Shown here piece by piece: positions 1 through 9,922 of a stretch of 32,000 nucleotides of DNA (positions are counted from its first letter, which is position 1; every line of letters starts with the position of its first letter). The position numbers and the translations under genes are program-made. The notes below the pieces were generated by a model, which was not told the origin of the DNA, searched no databases, and was given only the letters and a program-made list of their open reading frames with translations. Source of the DNA: Desulfocapsa sulfexigens DSM 10523 (GTDB lineage: Bacteria; Desulfobacterota; Desulfobulbia; Desulfobulbales; Desulfocapsaceae); the NCBI RefSeq assembly GCF_000341395.1, contig NC_020304.1:1290001-1322000 (forward strand), read 5' to 3'.

Positions 1-1677
1 GATGACGTTCTGATTGAACAGGTACGGAAGTTCTACTGTCAGCAGGAGAATGAACCCTATGAAGAGATCACAAATTCGAGTGACGATTCACGTGCACGTC
101 GTATCACAGCCTATCTGAATCTTGTTGACCGATTGGTACGACGGCAGGTGGAAGAGTTGCAACGCTCGCCTTTTGAAAAGGAGAGTGAGATCACCAAGTA
201 CTACGAGATGCTTCCGGACGATTCTCCTCTGAAAAACGAATACGCTGAAATGCTGGCAACTGCTGATCAATCAAAAAAGAGTGCTTTACAGGAAATACTT
301 CGAACGAAGGCTGTTCCAGGCAGTATCGATGTAAATATCATGACCAAACTTGATCGTGACAGGTATAACAAAGGAGAAAAGTTGTCGCCGATCTACGCCG
401 ATGCAATGAGTGCTCTGCGAGGTTTTGCAGAAAGCACTCTGAATTCTTCAATGGTTTTTTCGGCAGGGATTAATAAACGATTATATCGTTATATGACAGA
501 GTTCAAGGATTTTTTTCCCAACGCAAATGGTGAGATGAAAAAGAAAATTATCCTGAAAGTAAGTGATCATCGATCATCGGAGATTCAGGGTCGTTTTCTC
601 GCAAAATTAGGCTTATGGGCCTCTGAGTTTCGTATTGAATCAGGCTTGAACTGTGGAGGGCATGCCTTTGCGTCTAAGGGGTTTCTACTTGGTGTGGTCC
701 TCGAAGAGTTCAAAAGGAAAAAAGCTGAGTTACTCAAAAAACTTATCCCCATGTATGCAAAGGGTTTGTCAGAGCAGGGAGCGTGTGACGCCAGACTTCC
801 GGACGACTTTCGGATTACGGTTCAAGGGGGTGTGGGGACAGCGGATGAACATCAATTTCTTCTGAAATATTATGGGGTAAACAGCGTTGGCTGGGGCACT
901 CCTTTTATGCTTGTGCCAGAAGCAACCCATATGGATGACGTGAATATTAAACGCCTCATGAATGCCTCGGATGATGATGTTTATCTCAGCGATGCCTCTC
1001 CATTGGGAATTCCTTTCTGGAATTTACGGAGTTCCACCAGTGAAGACAAACGACGTGAACGGATAGAAAAAGGAAAACCTGGTTCTTCCTGCCCGAAGGG
1101 ATTTGTCGGTTTTAATACAGAATTCACCAAGATGCCTATTTGTGTAGCTTCCCGCGCTTATATAAACAAAAAACTCAAGCTTCTTGCAAAGGAAAGCCAT
1201 CCTCCAAAGGCTCTTGATATTATAAAAGAGAGGATACTCGCGAAGGCCTGTATTTGTCACGAACTTGGTGGCAACGCAACTGTTCCTCTTGGTATTGATC
1301 CAGAGGCAGATTCCACGGTCTGCTGCGGGCCTGGGATTGTTGATTTTTGCAAAATTGCAACGCTTCGGGAGATGCTTGATCATATTTATGGACGTTTTTC
1401 ATTGCTGAAATCGAGTGATCGTCCGCATATGTTTGTAAAAGAACTTGGTTTGTATATTGACTATCTTCGTAAAGAAATAGACAACTTTCCGGTGGGACTT
1501 GCAGTGAATAGTGCTTCCTTTCTGGAGGGAATGAGGGAAAATTTGTTTAAGGGTATCGAATATTACCAGGCACTTTCGAGTGAGCTTGTTGAAGATTCCC
1601 AGGAGAAATTTTTGGCGGGATTGAAGAACATGAAAAAAGCCCTCGAACCGTTGTCACTTGACAAGGCGGAGCTGTAA
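1..1677 (+). CDS. Uncharacterised protein, 3' portion (gene starts upstream of the window); possible FMN TIM-barrel (nitronate monooxygenase / enoyl-reductase-like) domain
   Basis: Frame 1 is open from base 1, with no stop before the TTG at 133 where the ORF track begins. The stop TAA is at 1675-1677. ESGLNCGGHAF and VQGGVGTADE...GVNSVGWGTPFM resemble the (E)AGGH and AGGI..G..GTxF motifs of NMO/FabK/PfaD-type TIM barrels. Cys clusters are present (CPKGF..PICV, KACICHELGG, TVCCGPG..FC). The function is not recognised. Confidence 0.6.
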   Translation, partial: DDVLIEQVRKFYCQQENEPYEEITNSSDDSRARRITAYLNLVDRLVRRQVEELQRSPFEKESEITKYYEMLPDDSPLKNEYAEMLATADQSKKSALQEILRTKAVPGSIDVNIMTKLDRDRYNKGEKLSPIYADAMSALRGFAESTLNSSMVFSAGINKRLYRYMTEFKDFFPNANGEMKKKIILKVSDHRSSEIQGRFLAKLGLWASEFRIESGLNCGGHAFASKGFLLGVVLEEFKRKKAELLKKLIPMYAKGLSEQGACDARLPDDFRITVQGGVGTADEHQFLLKYYGVNSVGWGTPFMLVPEATHMDDVNIKRLMNASDDDVYLSDASPLGIPFWNLRSSTSEDKRRERIEKGKPGSSCPKGFVGFNTEFTKMPICVASRAYINKKLKLLAKESHPPKALDIIKERILAKACICHELGGNATVPLGIDPEADSTVCCGPGIVDFCKIATLREMLDHIYGRFSLLKSSDRPHMFVKELGLYIDYLRKEIDNFPVGLAVNSASFLEGMRENLFKGIEYYQALSSELVEDSQEKFLAGLKNMKKALEPLSLDKAEL

Positions 1678-1747
1678 TTGCTGCGAACAGGGGTAAAGCT
1701 GATTTCTTCTTCTGCACTCCTGTTTCAGGTAACTTCAATATTTTCTA

Positions 1748-2266
1748 TTATTTGTTTCTCTTCACCCATACCTTTTCCGTCCTGGAAACAGTTTCCTGTT
1801 GAACGGGTCTTTTTTTGTAGAGAGAAAGGCCCTGGAGAAAATGACGCAGAAACTGATCGCCGCATGCTTTGTAGTGTTTGTGGCTCTTTCTTCTGAAAAA
1901 GGCTGAGAGTTCAGACTTGGAAATTTCCATTTCAGATAGTTTGAATATCTCCAGCATATCGCTATCCTGATACATGAGTGCAATCCGGATTTTTCGTAAC
2001 ACATCGTTATTCGTTATTTTTACCGGTCCGGACTGGATAGCTTCTTTTTTTAATTCCCCTCTGTAGTAAATGATCAGGCCGTCGAGAAATGTGCCAAGCA
2101 GTGCCTGAGAACAAAGGACAAACTCCTTATCATCTTCTTTTTTGAGTAGAGTATGAAGGTGAATTTCAGGTATATTGTGTCCGGGAGCGTGAAATATCTC
2201 TATCATATCCTTGTCCTTGAGGTCGAGGCTATAACGGATTTTTCGAAGTATGTCGTTGGCAATCAC
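1748..2266 (-). CDS. DUF1456 family protein (YehS-like)
   Basis: 172 aa with a GTG start. It has two internal repeats (NDILRKIRYSLDLKDKDMIEIF and NDVLRKIRIALMYQDSDMLEIF) and a C-terminal CGDQFLRHFLQGL motif, as in E. coli YehS. Confidence 0.75.
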   Translation of the reverse strand: MIANDILRKIRYSLDLKDKDMIEIFHAPGHNIPEIHLHTLLKKEDDKEFVLCSQALLGTFLDGLIIYYRGELKKEAIQSGPVKITNNDVLRKIRIALMYQDSDMLEIFKLSEMEISKSELSAFFRRKSHKHYKACGDQFLRHFLQGLSLYKKRPVQQETVSRTEKVWVKRNK

Positions 2267-2304
2267 TTGATTTGTGAGAAGAGTTGAGTTGCTTTAAGGG
2301 GAAG

Positions 2305-2339
2305 GATGGCAGTCATTATAAAAAGCGATAACTGCCATC
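2305..2339. other. Perfect 9-bp inverted repeat (GATGGCAGT-N17-ACTGCCATC) just downstream of the aspS stop
   Basis: Read directly from the sequence. No U-tract follows on either strand, so it is not a canonical intrinsic terminator. Confidence 0.35.
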
Positions 2340-2358
2340 AAATTACGAAATAAGAAGA

Positions 2359-4146
2359 TCAGGATTCTTTCCAGTCAGGACGCAGGTGCAGCTCGGTGAG
2401 CTGTTTTCTCGAAACCCCAGCAGGAGCCTCGGTAAGAGGGCATGTCGCACGCTGAGTCTTTGGGAAGGCAATAACGTCACGAATGGAGTCGCTGCCGGTG
2501 ATGATCATCAGGAGACGATCCAGGCCGAAGGCCAGGCCGCCATGGGGGGGGGCTCCAAGCTCAAGGGCACGAAGAAGGAAACCGAACTTGTCGTTGGCCT
2601 CTTCCTCTCCGATATTAAGGGCTTTTAACACTTGTGCCTGAATATCACGCTGGTGGATGCGGATGGAGCCACCACCAATTTCAGTACCATTCAGAACCAG
2701 ATCGTAGGCCTGAGAGTATACCGAACCGGGATCACTTTCCAGCTTCCCAAGATCCTCTTCCCTGGGGGCCGTGAAGGGGTGATGGAGTGCCTGAAAACGT
2801 TTTTTGTTATCATCGTATTCCATCAGGGGGAAGTCCGTTACCCATACGAAATTAAAGCTCTTTTTATCCAGTAATTCAAGGATACGCGCTATTTCCAGTC
2901 TCAGTTCTCCAAGTACCGTTAAGACTACGGAGGTTTTATCGGCACCAAAGAAAAGGAGGTCGCCTTCTTCGGCATCAAGGGCTTTGGTCATGGCAGCGCG
3001 CTCTTCATCGCTGAAGAACTTGGCAATGGGTGACTGCCATTCACCGTTAGCTTTCATTTTGACCCAGGCGAGTCCCTTCGCTCCGAATTGAGCCACATAT
3101 TCGGTGAGGGTATCAAGGACTTTCCGGGAAAAAGTGGCACAGCCCTTTGCGTTGATGGCACGGACGGTTCCTGCACCATCTGCCATGGAACGAAAAACCT
3201 TAAATGAACAGGTTTTGGCGATCTCAGTGAGATCCACAAGTTCAAACCCGAAACGGGTGTCGGGCCGATCGGTACCAAAACGATTCATGGCATCATCGTA
3301 ACTGATTCGCTTAAATGGTGGAGCAACATCAATGTCCAGTGTGTCCTTAAAGAGCTTGGAAATCATCCCTTCGGTGATCTCAATGATCTGTTCCTCATCC
3401 ATAAAGGAAAGTTCCATATCAATCTGGGTGAATTCTGGCTGGCGGTCAGCACGCAAATCCTCATCACGAAAACATTTGACGATCTGATAGTAGCGATCCA
3501 TGCCACCAATCATCAGCAGCTGTTTGAAGAGTTGGGGAGATTGGGGCAGAGCGTAGAATTTCCCGGCGTTAACGCGGCTTGGCACCAGATAATCACGTGC
3601 CCCCTCAGGGGTTGAGCGGGTGAGCATGGGTGTTTCCACTTCCAGAAAATCATTGTCGTTCAGATAGGTGCGGATGGATTGCACGGCCTTGTGGCGCTGA
3701 TACAGTTTGGCTGCCATCTCGGGCCGTCTGAGATCCATATAACGATACTGGAGACGGATATTGTCAGAGATCTCACTTTCTTCATCGAGCGGAAAAGGTG
3801 GTGTTTCTGAGGTGTTCAGAATGCGAAGCTCGTCGATGAAAACTTCGATTTCCCCAGTGTCAAGCTTGGTGTTTGCCATGCCTTCAAGTCTGGCTTCAAC
3901 TTTACCGCGAACAGCAATGACCCACTCGCTTCGAAGCATATGGGCCTTATTGTGGACCTCAGGGTTTACTTCGGGGTTGAAAACAATCTGGGTGAGACCG
4001 TGTCGGTCGCGGAGGTCGATAAAAATAACTCCACCGTGGTCACGCCTGCGCAATACCCAGCCCATAAGGGTGATTTCTTTGCCGATATCGGCACTCGTAA
4101 GATCGTTGCAGGAGTGGGTCCTGCGTAAATTTCCCATAGATTCCAT
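2359..4146 (-). CDS. aspS: Aspartate--tRNA ligase (AspRS, possibly non-discriminating)
   Basis: Full-length class IIb aaRS pattern: RTHSCNDL..GWV N-terminal OB fold, FRDEDLRADRQPEFTQID (motif 2) and GGLAFGLDRL (motif 3). The ORF extends to 4191. I chose the ATG at 4146 (MESMGNLRRTH...) because it gives a typical N-terminus, but 4191 remains possible. Confidence 0.93.
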   Translation of the reverse strand: MESMGNLRRTHSCNDLTSADIGKEITLMGWVLRRRDHGGVIFIDLRDRHGLTQIVFNPEVNPEVHNKAHMLRSEWVIAVRGKVEARLEGMANTKLDTGEIEVFIDELRILNTSETPPFPLDEESEISDNIRLQYRYMDLRRPEMAAKLYQRHKAVQSIRTYLNDNDFLEVETPMLTRSTPEGARDYLVPSRVNAGKFYALPQSPQLFKQLLMIGGMDRYYQIVKCFRDEDLRADRQPEFTQIDMELSFMDEEQIIEITEGMISKLFKDTLDIDVAPPFKRISYDDAMNRFGTDRPDTRFGFELVDLTEIAKTCSFKVFRSMADGAGTVRAINAKGCATFSRKVLDTLTEYVAQFGAKGLAWVKMKANGEWQSPIAKFFSDEERAAMTKALDAEEGDLLFFGADKTSVVLTVLGELRLEIARILELLDKKSFNFVWVTDFPLMEYDDNKKRFQALHHPFTAPREEDLGKLESDPGSVYSQAYDLVLNGTEIGGGSIRIHQRDIQAQVLKALNIGEEEANDKFGFLLRALELGAPPHGGLAFGLDRLLMIITGSDSIRDVIAFPKTQRATCPLTEAPAGVSRKQLTELHLRPDWKES

Positions 4147-4240
4147 AATTTTACTATGGAAAAGCCTTGCAGTGCTGCAAAGCATCTCCATTCCGTGTTA
4201 ATTGATTAGTGTTATTAAAATGTATATGATATTAAAATTT

Positions 4241-5533
4241 CTACGCTGCCAGATCGGTACTTTTATGAGTAGCAACATGTGGATGAAATATTTCCTTTAA
4301 ATTGTCAATGAGTACATTGAAAGCAATATCCTGCTGCTCCTGATTTTCCATATTTCTCAGTACGGCATGACCTTTCTCGAGTTCATCCTCACCGATAATG
4401 AGAACATACCGGGCCTGTGCCTTGTGTGCCTGCTTCATCTGGCTTTTCAGGCTGCGACCCTCATGATCCATGGCGACCAGAAAGCTTTTCCGGCGCAGAT
4501 TGTGGGTCAGAGAAAAGGAGAACTCCGATGCTTTTTCACCGAGTCCAGCAACGAATATATCTATTGGGGTACTTTCAGGAATTTCTTCTTTCTGCTGTAA
4601 AAGCAGTGTCAATCGTTCCATGCCAATGGCAAAACCAATACCGGGAACCTTAGGGCCACCGAGTTTTTCAATCAGGCCATCATAGCGGCCACCGGCACAG
4701 ACTGCTGCCTGAGCACCAAGATCTTCAGTGGTAAATTCGAAGGTCGTACGGGTGTAGTAATCAAGCCCCCGAACCATAAATTTATTCAGATTAAATTCAA
4801 TATCAAGCTGCTGCAATGCATTCTGAACCGTGGTAAAATGTTCAGCACACTCATCGCAGAGATGGTCCAGGATCGATGGCGCTTCTTCAACCTGTTCCCT
4901 GCATCCAGGCATTTTACAATCCAGTACTCGCAGTGGGTTGGTTTTGCTGCGCCTTGTGCAGTCTTCACATAAATTATCCCCTCGATCTTCGATAAAGGCA
5001 AGCAGGGCCTTTCGAAACCCAGGACGGCAGACTGGACAGCCAAGGGAATTGATCTCAAGGCTAACATGTATGCCAAGTTCTTCAAACAGCATGGCTCCCA
5101 TGGCCATAAGTTCGGCATCAACCCTGGGGTTGGGTGTTCCGAGTACTTCAACATCCATCTGGTGAAACTGGCGTAAACGGCCCTTTTGAGGACGTTCGTG
5201 GCGAAACATGGGGCCAATGGTGAACAATCTCTGAATAGGTTTCTGGACATGCAGGCCATGCTGGATATATGCTCGAAGCAGCGATGCTGTGGCCTCGGGG
5301 CGCATGGTAATCTGTTTGTCGACAAAGGTGTACATCTCTTTTTCCACGATATCAGTGGCCTCACCAATGGAACGGGCAAAAAGCTCTGTCTTTTCCAGTA
5401 TTGGTGTCCGGATTTCCGAGAAGTTGAAGCGGGCAAAAACATTTCGGGCACTGTTTTCTACCTTACGCCATAACACTACTTCGTCGGGTACGATGTCTTT
5501 AAAGCCGTTGAGGGCCGATATCTTCACTGCCAT
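4241..5533 (-). CDS. hisS: Histidine--tRNA ligase
   Basis: 430 aa with GFKDIVPDE..., FRHERPQKGRLRQFHQ (motif 2), GGRYDGL and GFAIGMERL (motif 3). The GGAGGA Shine-Dalgarno sequence abuts the ATG, so the GTG two codons downstream is an alternative start. Confidence 0.94.
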   Translation of the reverse strand: MAVKISALNGFKDIVPDEVVLWRKVENSARNVFARFNFSEIRTPILEKTELFARSIGEATDIVEKEMYTFVDKQITMRPEATASLLRAYIQHGLHVQKPIQRLFTIGPMFRHERPQKGRLRQFHQMDVEVLGTPNPRVDAELMAMGAMLFEELGIHVSLEINSLGCPVCRPGFRKALLAFIEDRGDNLCEDCTRRSKTNPLRVLDCKMPGCREQVEEAPSILDHLCDECAEHFTTVQNALQQLDIEFNLNKFMVRGLDYYTRTTFEFTTEDLGAQAAVCAGGRYDGLIEKLGGPKVPGIGFAIGMERLTLLLQQKEEIPESTPIDIFVAGLGEKASEFSFSLTHNLRRKSFLVAMDHEGRSLKSQMKQAHKAQARYVLIIGEDELEKGHAVLRNMENQEQQDIAFNVLIDNLKEIFHPHVATHKSTDLAA

Positions 5534-5710
5534 TCCTCCAGAAAAAGTCCATATAAAAAAGAATGAAATAAAACGTAATTACAGCAAAATGTCAAGGATA
5601 TGCGGGCAAGGCAGGGAAAATCGCACCTTCCAGGGTGCATTAGCTTTATTAAATACTAAACATGAGAATCCAAATTGACACTGACCGATTTGGTGATCCA
5701 GCCATGCTGC

Positions 5711-5739
5711 TTGACAAACCGTGGGAAGCAAGTCATTAT
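5711..5739 (+). promoter_or_regulatory. Candidate sigma70 promoter for pcnB (TTGACA-N17-CATTAT)
   Basis: A perfect -35 hexamer at 5711-5716, a 17-nt spacer, and a -10-like CATTAT at 5734-5739, about 40 nt upstream of the pcnB ATG. Consensus matching only. Confidence 0.3.
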
Positions 5740-5778
5740 CATTTGCTTCATGTCGAGTAGTATAAAGATAATTCAGAG

Positions 5779-7134
5779 ATGGAATTCACCCTGCCAATGA
5801 CTTTTTCCAGCGAACCAAGAATCATCACCACTGATAATCATCCTATCCGTCACCATATGATAGACAGGGATGCCATGAAAGTACTCCATGTCCTGCGTGA
5901 CAATGGCTATGCCGGTTACCTGGTTGGGGGAGGAGTCAGAGATCTCTATCTAGGGATGACACCGAAAGATTTTGATATCTCAACGGATGCCAGGCCCGGA
6001 CAGATTCGTAAACTTTTTCGCAACAGTCGTACCATAGGCAGACGTTTTCGTCTGGTGCAGGTATTTTTTGGCGGCAAGGAAATTGAGGTTTCAACACTTC
6101 GTTCATTGAGTGAGTATGATCTGGATGGTCCTGACGCGGTACTTGCACCAAATAATACCTATGGGAGTCTTGGAGAAGATGCCCAGCGTCGTGATCTTAC
6201 AGTGAATGGGCTGTTTTATGAGATTGAGGGCAATACTATTATCGATTATGTGGGTGGCATTGAAGACCTGGACAAATCCGTCGTTCGATTCGTGGGCGAG
6301 CCAGAGCGTCGCATAACGAGAGATCCGGTGCGTATGTTGCGGGCAATCAGGCATGCGGGAAGACTGGGATTCAGTATTGCCCCGGAAAGTTGGGAGGCAA
6401 TCTGTTCCCATCATGAAAAACTTCCTCTATGTCCACCGTCACGAATTCGAGACGAGTTTTTTAAAGATCTGCACAGCGGTTCATTTACGGTATGGCTGAA
6501 ACTTGCCCTGGATTCCGAGCTGTTTTTTGATATCCTTGCTCTGTATAAACAAGCGCTTTCTAAAAAGGAAAAGGTGGATGAACGACCCTACCGTGAACAG
6601 TTAATTGCTCTTGCAAAGGTCATTGACAGGAGCTCTACGCTGGCAAAGGAATCGGAAAAACGAGGACTGAACAGTGATTTTCTGCTGGCTTTGGTGCTTG
6701 TTCCCTGGGCTAATTCAAAATTTGATCTTGTTCATCAGCAGTTAAAAGGTGCCGCCGCATTCAGGTTTTCAAAAATTCTCCGCGAAGCGCTGGACAGGGA
6801 ATTGGGGGTGCAATTGAATCTGCGTCGTTCCATTCGTCAGCAGATGGTGACATTGCTCTCTAATTTACCCCAGTTTCTTCGGTACAGAGAGGATAACTCA
6901 TGGCCAAGATGGATAAAAAAGAAGAGCTATTATAAGTCCTGCGCTCTGTTTTGTGAGTTGTACTCTGAGTCCCTCACCGGTGATAAGGCAGAGCTTAATC
7001 TGTCATCTTTGCCGCAGGAGTCTTCCCGCTCTGAGAAGCCAAAAACTCCTTCTTCCAACCAGGGACGAAGGAGAAAATCGTATAATCCTGCATTTTCTTC
7101 AAGCAAGAAAGGTGTTTTTGGCTTTAAGAAGTGA
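5779..7134 (+). CDS. pcnB: Poly(A) polymerase I (polynucleotide adenylyltransferase)
   Basis: 451 aa with GYLVGGGVRDLYLG..PKDFDI (nucleotidyltransferase head), RRDLTVNGLFY, and a basic Ser/Lys/Arg-rich C-terminal tail typical of PcnB. Confidence 0.88.
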   Translation: MEFTLPMTFSSEPRIITTDNHPIRHHMIDRDAMKVLHVLRDNGYAGYLVGGGVRDLYLGMTPKDFDISTDARPGQIRKLFRNSRTIGRRFRLVQVFFGGKEIEVSTLRSLSEYDLDGPDAVLAPNNTYGSLGEDAQRRDLTVNGLFYEIEGNTIIDYVGGIEDLDKSVVRFVGEPERRITRDPVRMLRAIRHAGRLGFSIAPESWEAICSHHEKLPLCPPSRIRDEFFKDLHSGSFTVWLKLALDSELFFDILALYKQALSKKEKVDERPYREQLIALAKVIDRSSTLAKESEKRGLNSDFLLALVLVPWANSKFDLVHQQLKGAAAFRFSKILREALDRELGVQLNLRRSIRQQMVTLLSNLPQFLRYREDNSWPRWIKKKSYYKSCALFCELYSESLTGDKAELNLSSLPQESSRSEKPKTPSSNQGRRRKSYNPAFSSSKKGVFGFKK

Positions 7135-7149
7135 TGTCTATCTTCCTTT

Positions 7150-9585
7150 TCAGACCACTCCCTTGCTCTTCAGGAATGGTGCGTATTTAGCGTCAGTTTT
7201 CTTGATGTGGTTGATCAGCCAATCTTTTAGGAATTCCATCAATTCAAGCGAAATATCAGCCTCTCCTGCCTTGTAATCTTTTTGGAACTTAAGTAACTGG
7301 TCTACCAGCTTGGCGTGTATTTCCTTATGTTTGTCTGTCTCCTCATATCGGTGTTGAGCAAAGAACTCCTCTTCAGTTTTAAAATGGGTTGCGGTGTAGT
7401 CAATTAACTTGCCGAGTACACTGCCGACAGCATTCTGGGGAGCGTTGCTGTTCATTTTCTGGTGCAGCTCATTGATGAGGTTAACAAGAACTTTGTGTTG
7501 CTCGTCGATACTTTTAATGTCAAGGGCGAGTGATGGGCTCCAGCGTAGTAATGGACCGGAGGTGAAAACAGTCTGGCGCTGCTTGTGGCTGCCTGCTGTA
7601 TCCCCAAGGTTGAATCGATTTGTTTCCCGACTGATGGTGTCTGCAATTTCTTTTAGATTTTCGGCACTTTCCTGTAAACGGAGACTTCCTTCCCGTGCCT
7701 CCTTTGACACCTGGCTGACAGCGACAATATCCCTGGCAATTTCGCCGGAAACCATGGACGCCTGGGAGACATTTTCGTTTACCTCGCTGATTCCATTTGC
7801 CGCATCATTTACATTTCCTGATATATCAGAGGCTGTGACAGACTGTTCTTCCACCGCGGAGGCTATTGTTGAGACTATATCGTTCACACTGTTTATCACT
7901 TTGCTGATTTCGCTGATCTCGGTCACTGTTTCATCGGTGGACGATTGGATTGATTCAATTTTATTTTTGATCTCACCGGTGGCTTTTGCTGTCTGTTTGG
8001 CAAGTTCTTTGATTTCATTGGCAACAACGGCAAACCCCTTGCCGGCTTCTCCGGCTCTCGCCGCCTCGATGGTAGCGTTGAGGGCCAGGAGGTTGGTTTG
8101 TTCTGAAATTTCGGTTATTACTTCGGTAACTTTGCTGATTTCCCTGGCTGCTGCACCAAGGGTGTTGACCTTTTCAGATGAGCTTTTTGCGTAATTTACT
8201 GCCTCTCCTGTCATGGAGTTTGCGCGTTCAGTATTTTCAGCAATTTCCTGGATAGCTGCAGACATTTCTTCCATGGCATTGGCCATCACATTTACGTTCT
8301 GAGCGGCCTGTTCACTGGCCATGGTTACTGTACCCATATTGGCACTCATTTCCTCAGTCGCAGCTGCCACTGTGTCCGCTTTGGCGGCGGACTGTTCTGC
8401 CCCCCCTGTCAGGTCTTCAGCAGCCAGCGCAAGTTCCGTAGAGGTGGCGGTAAGAGCACGGCCTTCGGCTACGATATTGCCAATCAGGTTGCGGAGATTT
8501 ACGGTCATATCCTGGAGTGCTGCCTGGAGACTACCGGGAACAGATCTTCCAGTTTCTTGGTCACTTAAATCACCACCAGCAATACGTCTTGCAAGCTGTA
8601 CCATGGCCTCAGGTTCCCCTCCCAGAAGCTTGAGAATGGAATTGGCGTTGAGGAACAGGATCGTTATGAGCAGTGCAAAACCGACAATGGAGCCAATGGT
8701 AAAAAGAGTTCGTGTTCGGGCACTTAAACTGTCGCTTGTTGCTGTGATGTCAGCAATAGTCTTTCCAGAGTTTTCAGTTATTTTATTTTTAACTTGAGTT
8801 ATGACCTGCAGGAGTTCGTCGCCGATAGCTTTGGAGTCTCTGCCAAGAATGGAATCAATCTGCTTGGTGTTTTGTGCAATCAGATCATTAAATTCCTCTT
8901 TTAATTCCTCAGCTTCTTCACGTGCCTGGGTCATATTAATGGCAAGGCTGACACTTCCGGCAAGGTCATTATTAGATTTGATTTCCTGGGTGAGAGTGAG
9001 AACGTTGGGATCATCCTGGCCTGCCTGAATGATTTTGGCAATGTCCGGTCGTCCTTCCGGGAGCAGAGATTTTAATTTTTCATTGGCCCTGTTTATATAG
9101 CGGGTGAGAGGGGTGCCATCTTTATCCCGGTAGAAGATAAAGAGTACATCGGGATTGCGATGGGCACTCCGTACATAGCTGTTTAGCGTAGCAAAGTCTT
9201 TGGATATTACGCTGTTTGTTGCAACAAGTGCCATAAGCTGAACCAGGTCGTTGCCACTTTGTCGGCGTATGGTGCGGAGGCTTTGCTGTACTGAAGTTGC
9301 AGTGTTGTCAAGCGCTTCGGTTGAAGAGGCAGCCAGAGTACGTGATGTCTCAGTTTGCATGGATTTAAGGTTACTGTCGAGTTGTGATGACAGTTTGCTC
9401 AGGTCTTCACCGATGGTGTTTTGAATTGTCTCAAAGGAATCGACAACTTTTGTGTTGAGTTGGGTACTGCTGCTGTTCTGGCTGAGTACCGTGAAGATGA
9501 TTGCGCTTCCTATCATGACGAGAAGGGCAATAGCAATTGGGGCAATAAGCTTAAAGCGGAAACTTTTTACCATGGAATTTTGCAT
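7150..9585 (-). CDS. Methyl-accepting chemotaxis protein with C-terminal hemerythrin-like domain (DcrH-like)
   Basis: 811 aa. It has an N-terminal TM helix, a ~270 aa periplasmic region, a second TM helix plus HAMP, and the conserved MCP signalling hairpin ([38 protein letters not shown]). The C-terminal ~130 aa carry the bacteriohemerythrin pattern (W.PSL.L.I..ID.QH..L...IN.L ... HF..EE..F....Y.....H...H ... WL..HI...D). A good SD (AGGAGA) lies 6 nt upstream. Confidence 0.9.
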   Translation of the reverse strand: MQNSMVKSFRFKLIAPIAIALLVMIGSAIIFTVLSQNSSSTQLNTKVVDSFETIQNTIGEDLSKLSSQLDSNLKSMQTETSRTLAASSTEALDNTATSVQQSLRTIRRQSGNDLVQLMALVATNSVISKDFATLNSYVRSAHRNPDVLFIFYRDKDGTPLTRYINRANEKLKSLLPEGRPDIAKIIQAGQDDPNVLTLTQEIKSNNDLAGSVSLAINMTQAREEAEELKEEFNDLIAQNTKQIDSILGRDSKAIGDELLQVITQVKNKITENSGKTIADITATSDSLSARTRTLFTIGSIVGFALLITILFLNANSILKLLGGEPEAMVQLARRIAGGDLSDQETGRSVPGSLQAALQDMTVNLRNLIGNIVAEGRALTATSTELALAAEDLTGGAEQSAAKADTVAAATEEMSANMGTVTMASEQAAQNVNVMANAMEEMSAAIQEIAENTERANSMTGEAVNYAKSSSEKVNTLGAAAREISKVTEVITEISEQTNLLALNATIEAARAGEAGKGFAVVANEIKELAKQTAKATGEIKNKIESIQSSTDETVTEISEISKVINSVNDIVSTIASAVEEQSVTASDISGNVNDAANGISEVNENVSQASMVSGEIARDIVAVSQVSKEAREGSLRLQESAENLKEIADTISRETNRFNLGDTAGSHKQRQTVFTSGPLLRWSPSLALDIKSIDEQHKVLVNLINELHQKMNSNAPQNAVGSVLGKLIDYTATHFKTEEEFFAQHRYEETDKHKEIHAKLVDQLLKFQKDYKAGEADISLELMEFLKDWLINHIKKTDAKYAPFLKSKGVV

Positions 9586-9770
9586 TCTGATTCTCCTGAC
9601 TGGTTTGTTTATAAATAATCACCATCAAATGTATCACGAAGTAACAGAAGAATGAATTATTTTTTTGCGAAAAAAAAGAAACAATCAATTTAAGTATTTA
9701 ATGGAATTTTTGTATCAATTATATTGATATTTTATCCTATAACTACTGTCTTTACTGAACCCTTTTCTTT

Positions 9771-9799
9771 TGACATAAGAATCGTGAAACGTATACAGT
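9771..9799 (+). promoter_or_regulatory. Candidate sigma70 promoter of the hydrogenase operon (TTGACA-N17-TACAGT)
   Basis: A perfect -35 hexamer at 9771-9776 and a TAnAnT-type -10 at 9794-9799, about 125 nt upstream of the small-subunit start. Consensus matching only. Confidence 0.25.
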
Positions 9800-9922
9800 T
9801 TGTTATATGGTTTGTGCAGTCTGCGTATTGCCTGAGTTGGAAAAGCCCCCTTTGCAACTCAAGAATACTGCGGAGAACAATCGTTCATGATTCACCACAG
9901 GGGTATGTTGAAGGAGAAGACA

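Noticed and set aside
2544-2552. G9/C9 homopolymers as phase-variation switches (2544-2552 in aspS, 15045-15053 in hypF, G8 at 27730-27737 in the lipoprotein gene)
   Set aside because: All are in frame within intact genes and encode Pro-Pro or Gly-Gly in conserved contexts (for example GAPPHGG in AspRS). Phase variation of essential aaRS genes is implausible. They are worth remembering only as sequencing-error hot spots.
5534-5778. T-box or other riboswitch leader upstream of hisS
   Set aside because: No T-box consensus (..GGTGGTACCGCG..) or specifier-loop architecture is visible on the minus strand. Only a short 6-bp hairpin (TGCACC-N6-GGTGCA) is present.
7409-8194. 261-aa plus-strand ORF inside the MCP gene, and similar long shadow ORFs (4786-5451 minus, 10382-10951 minus, 12066-12800 plus, 16727-17200 minus, 29641-30198 minus)
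   Set aside because: These are antisense or alternate-frame shadows of genes with strong homology patterns. Their compositions are low-complexity Ser/Ala/Leu- or Arg/Cys-rich, and I recognise no motifs in them.
9836-9860. Sigma-54 promoter (TGG...TTGCA) upstream of the hydrogenase operon
   Set aside because: The GG and GC dinucleotides are 15 nt apart, whereas the -24/-12 consensus requires 12.
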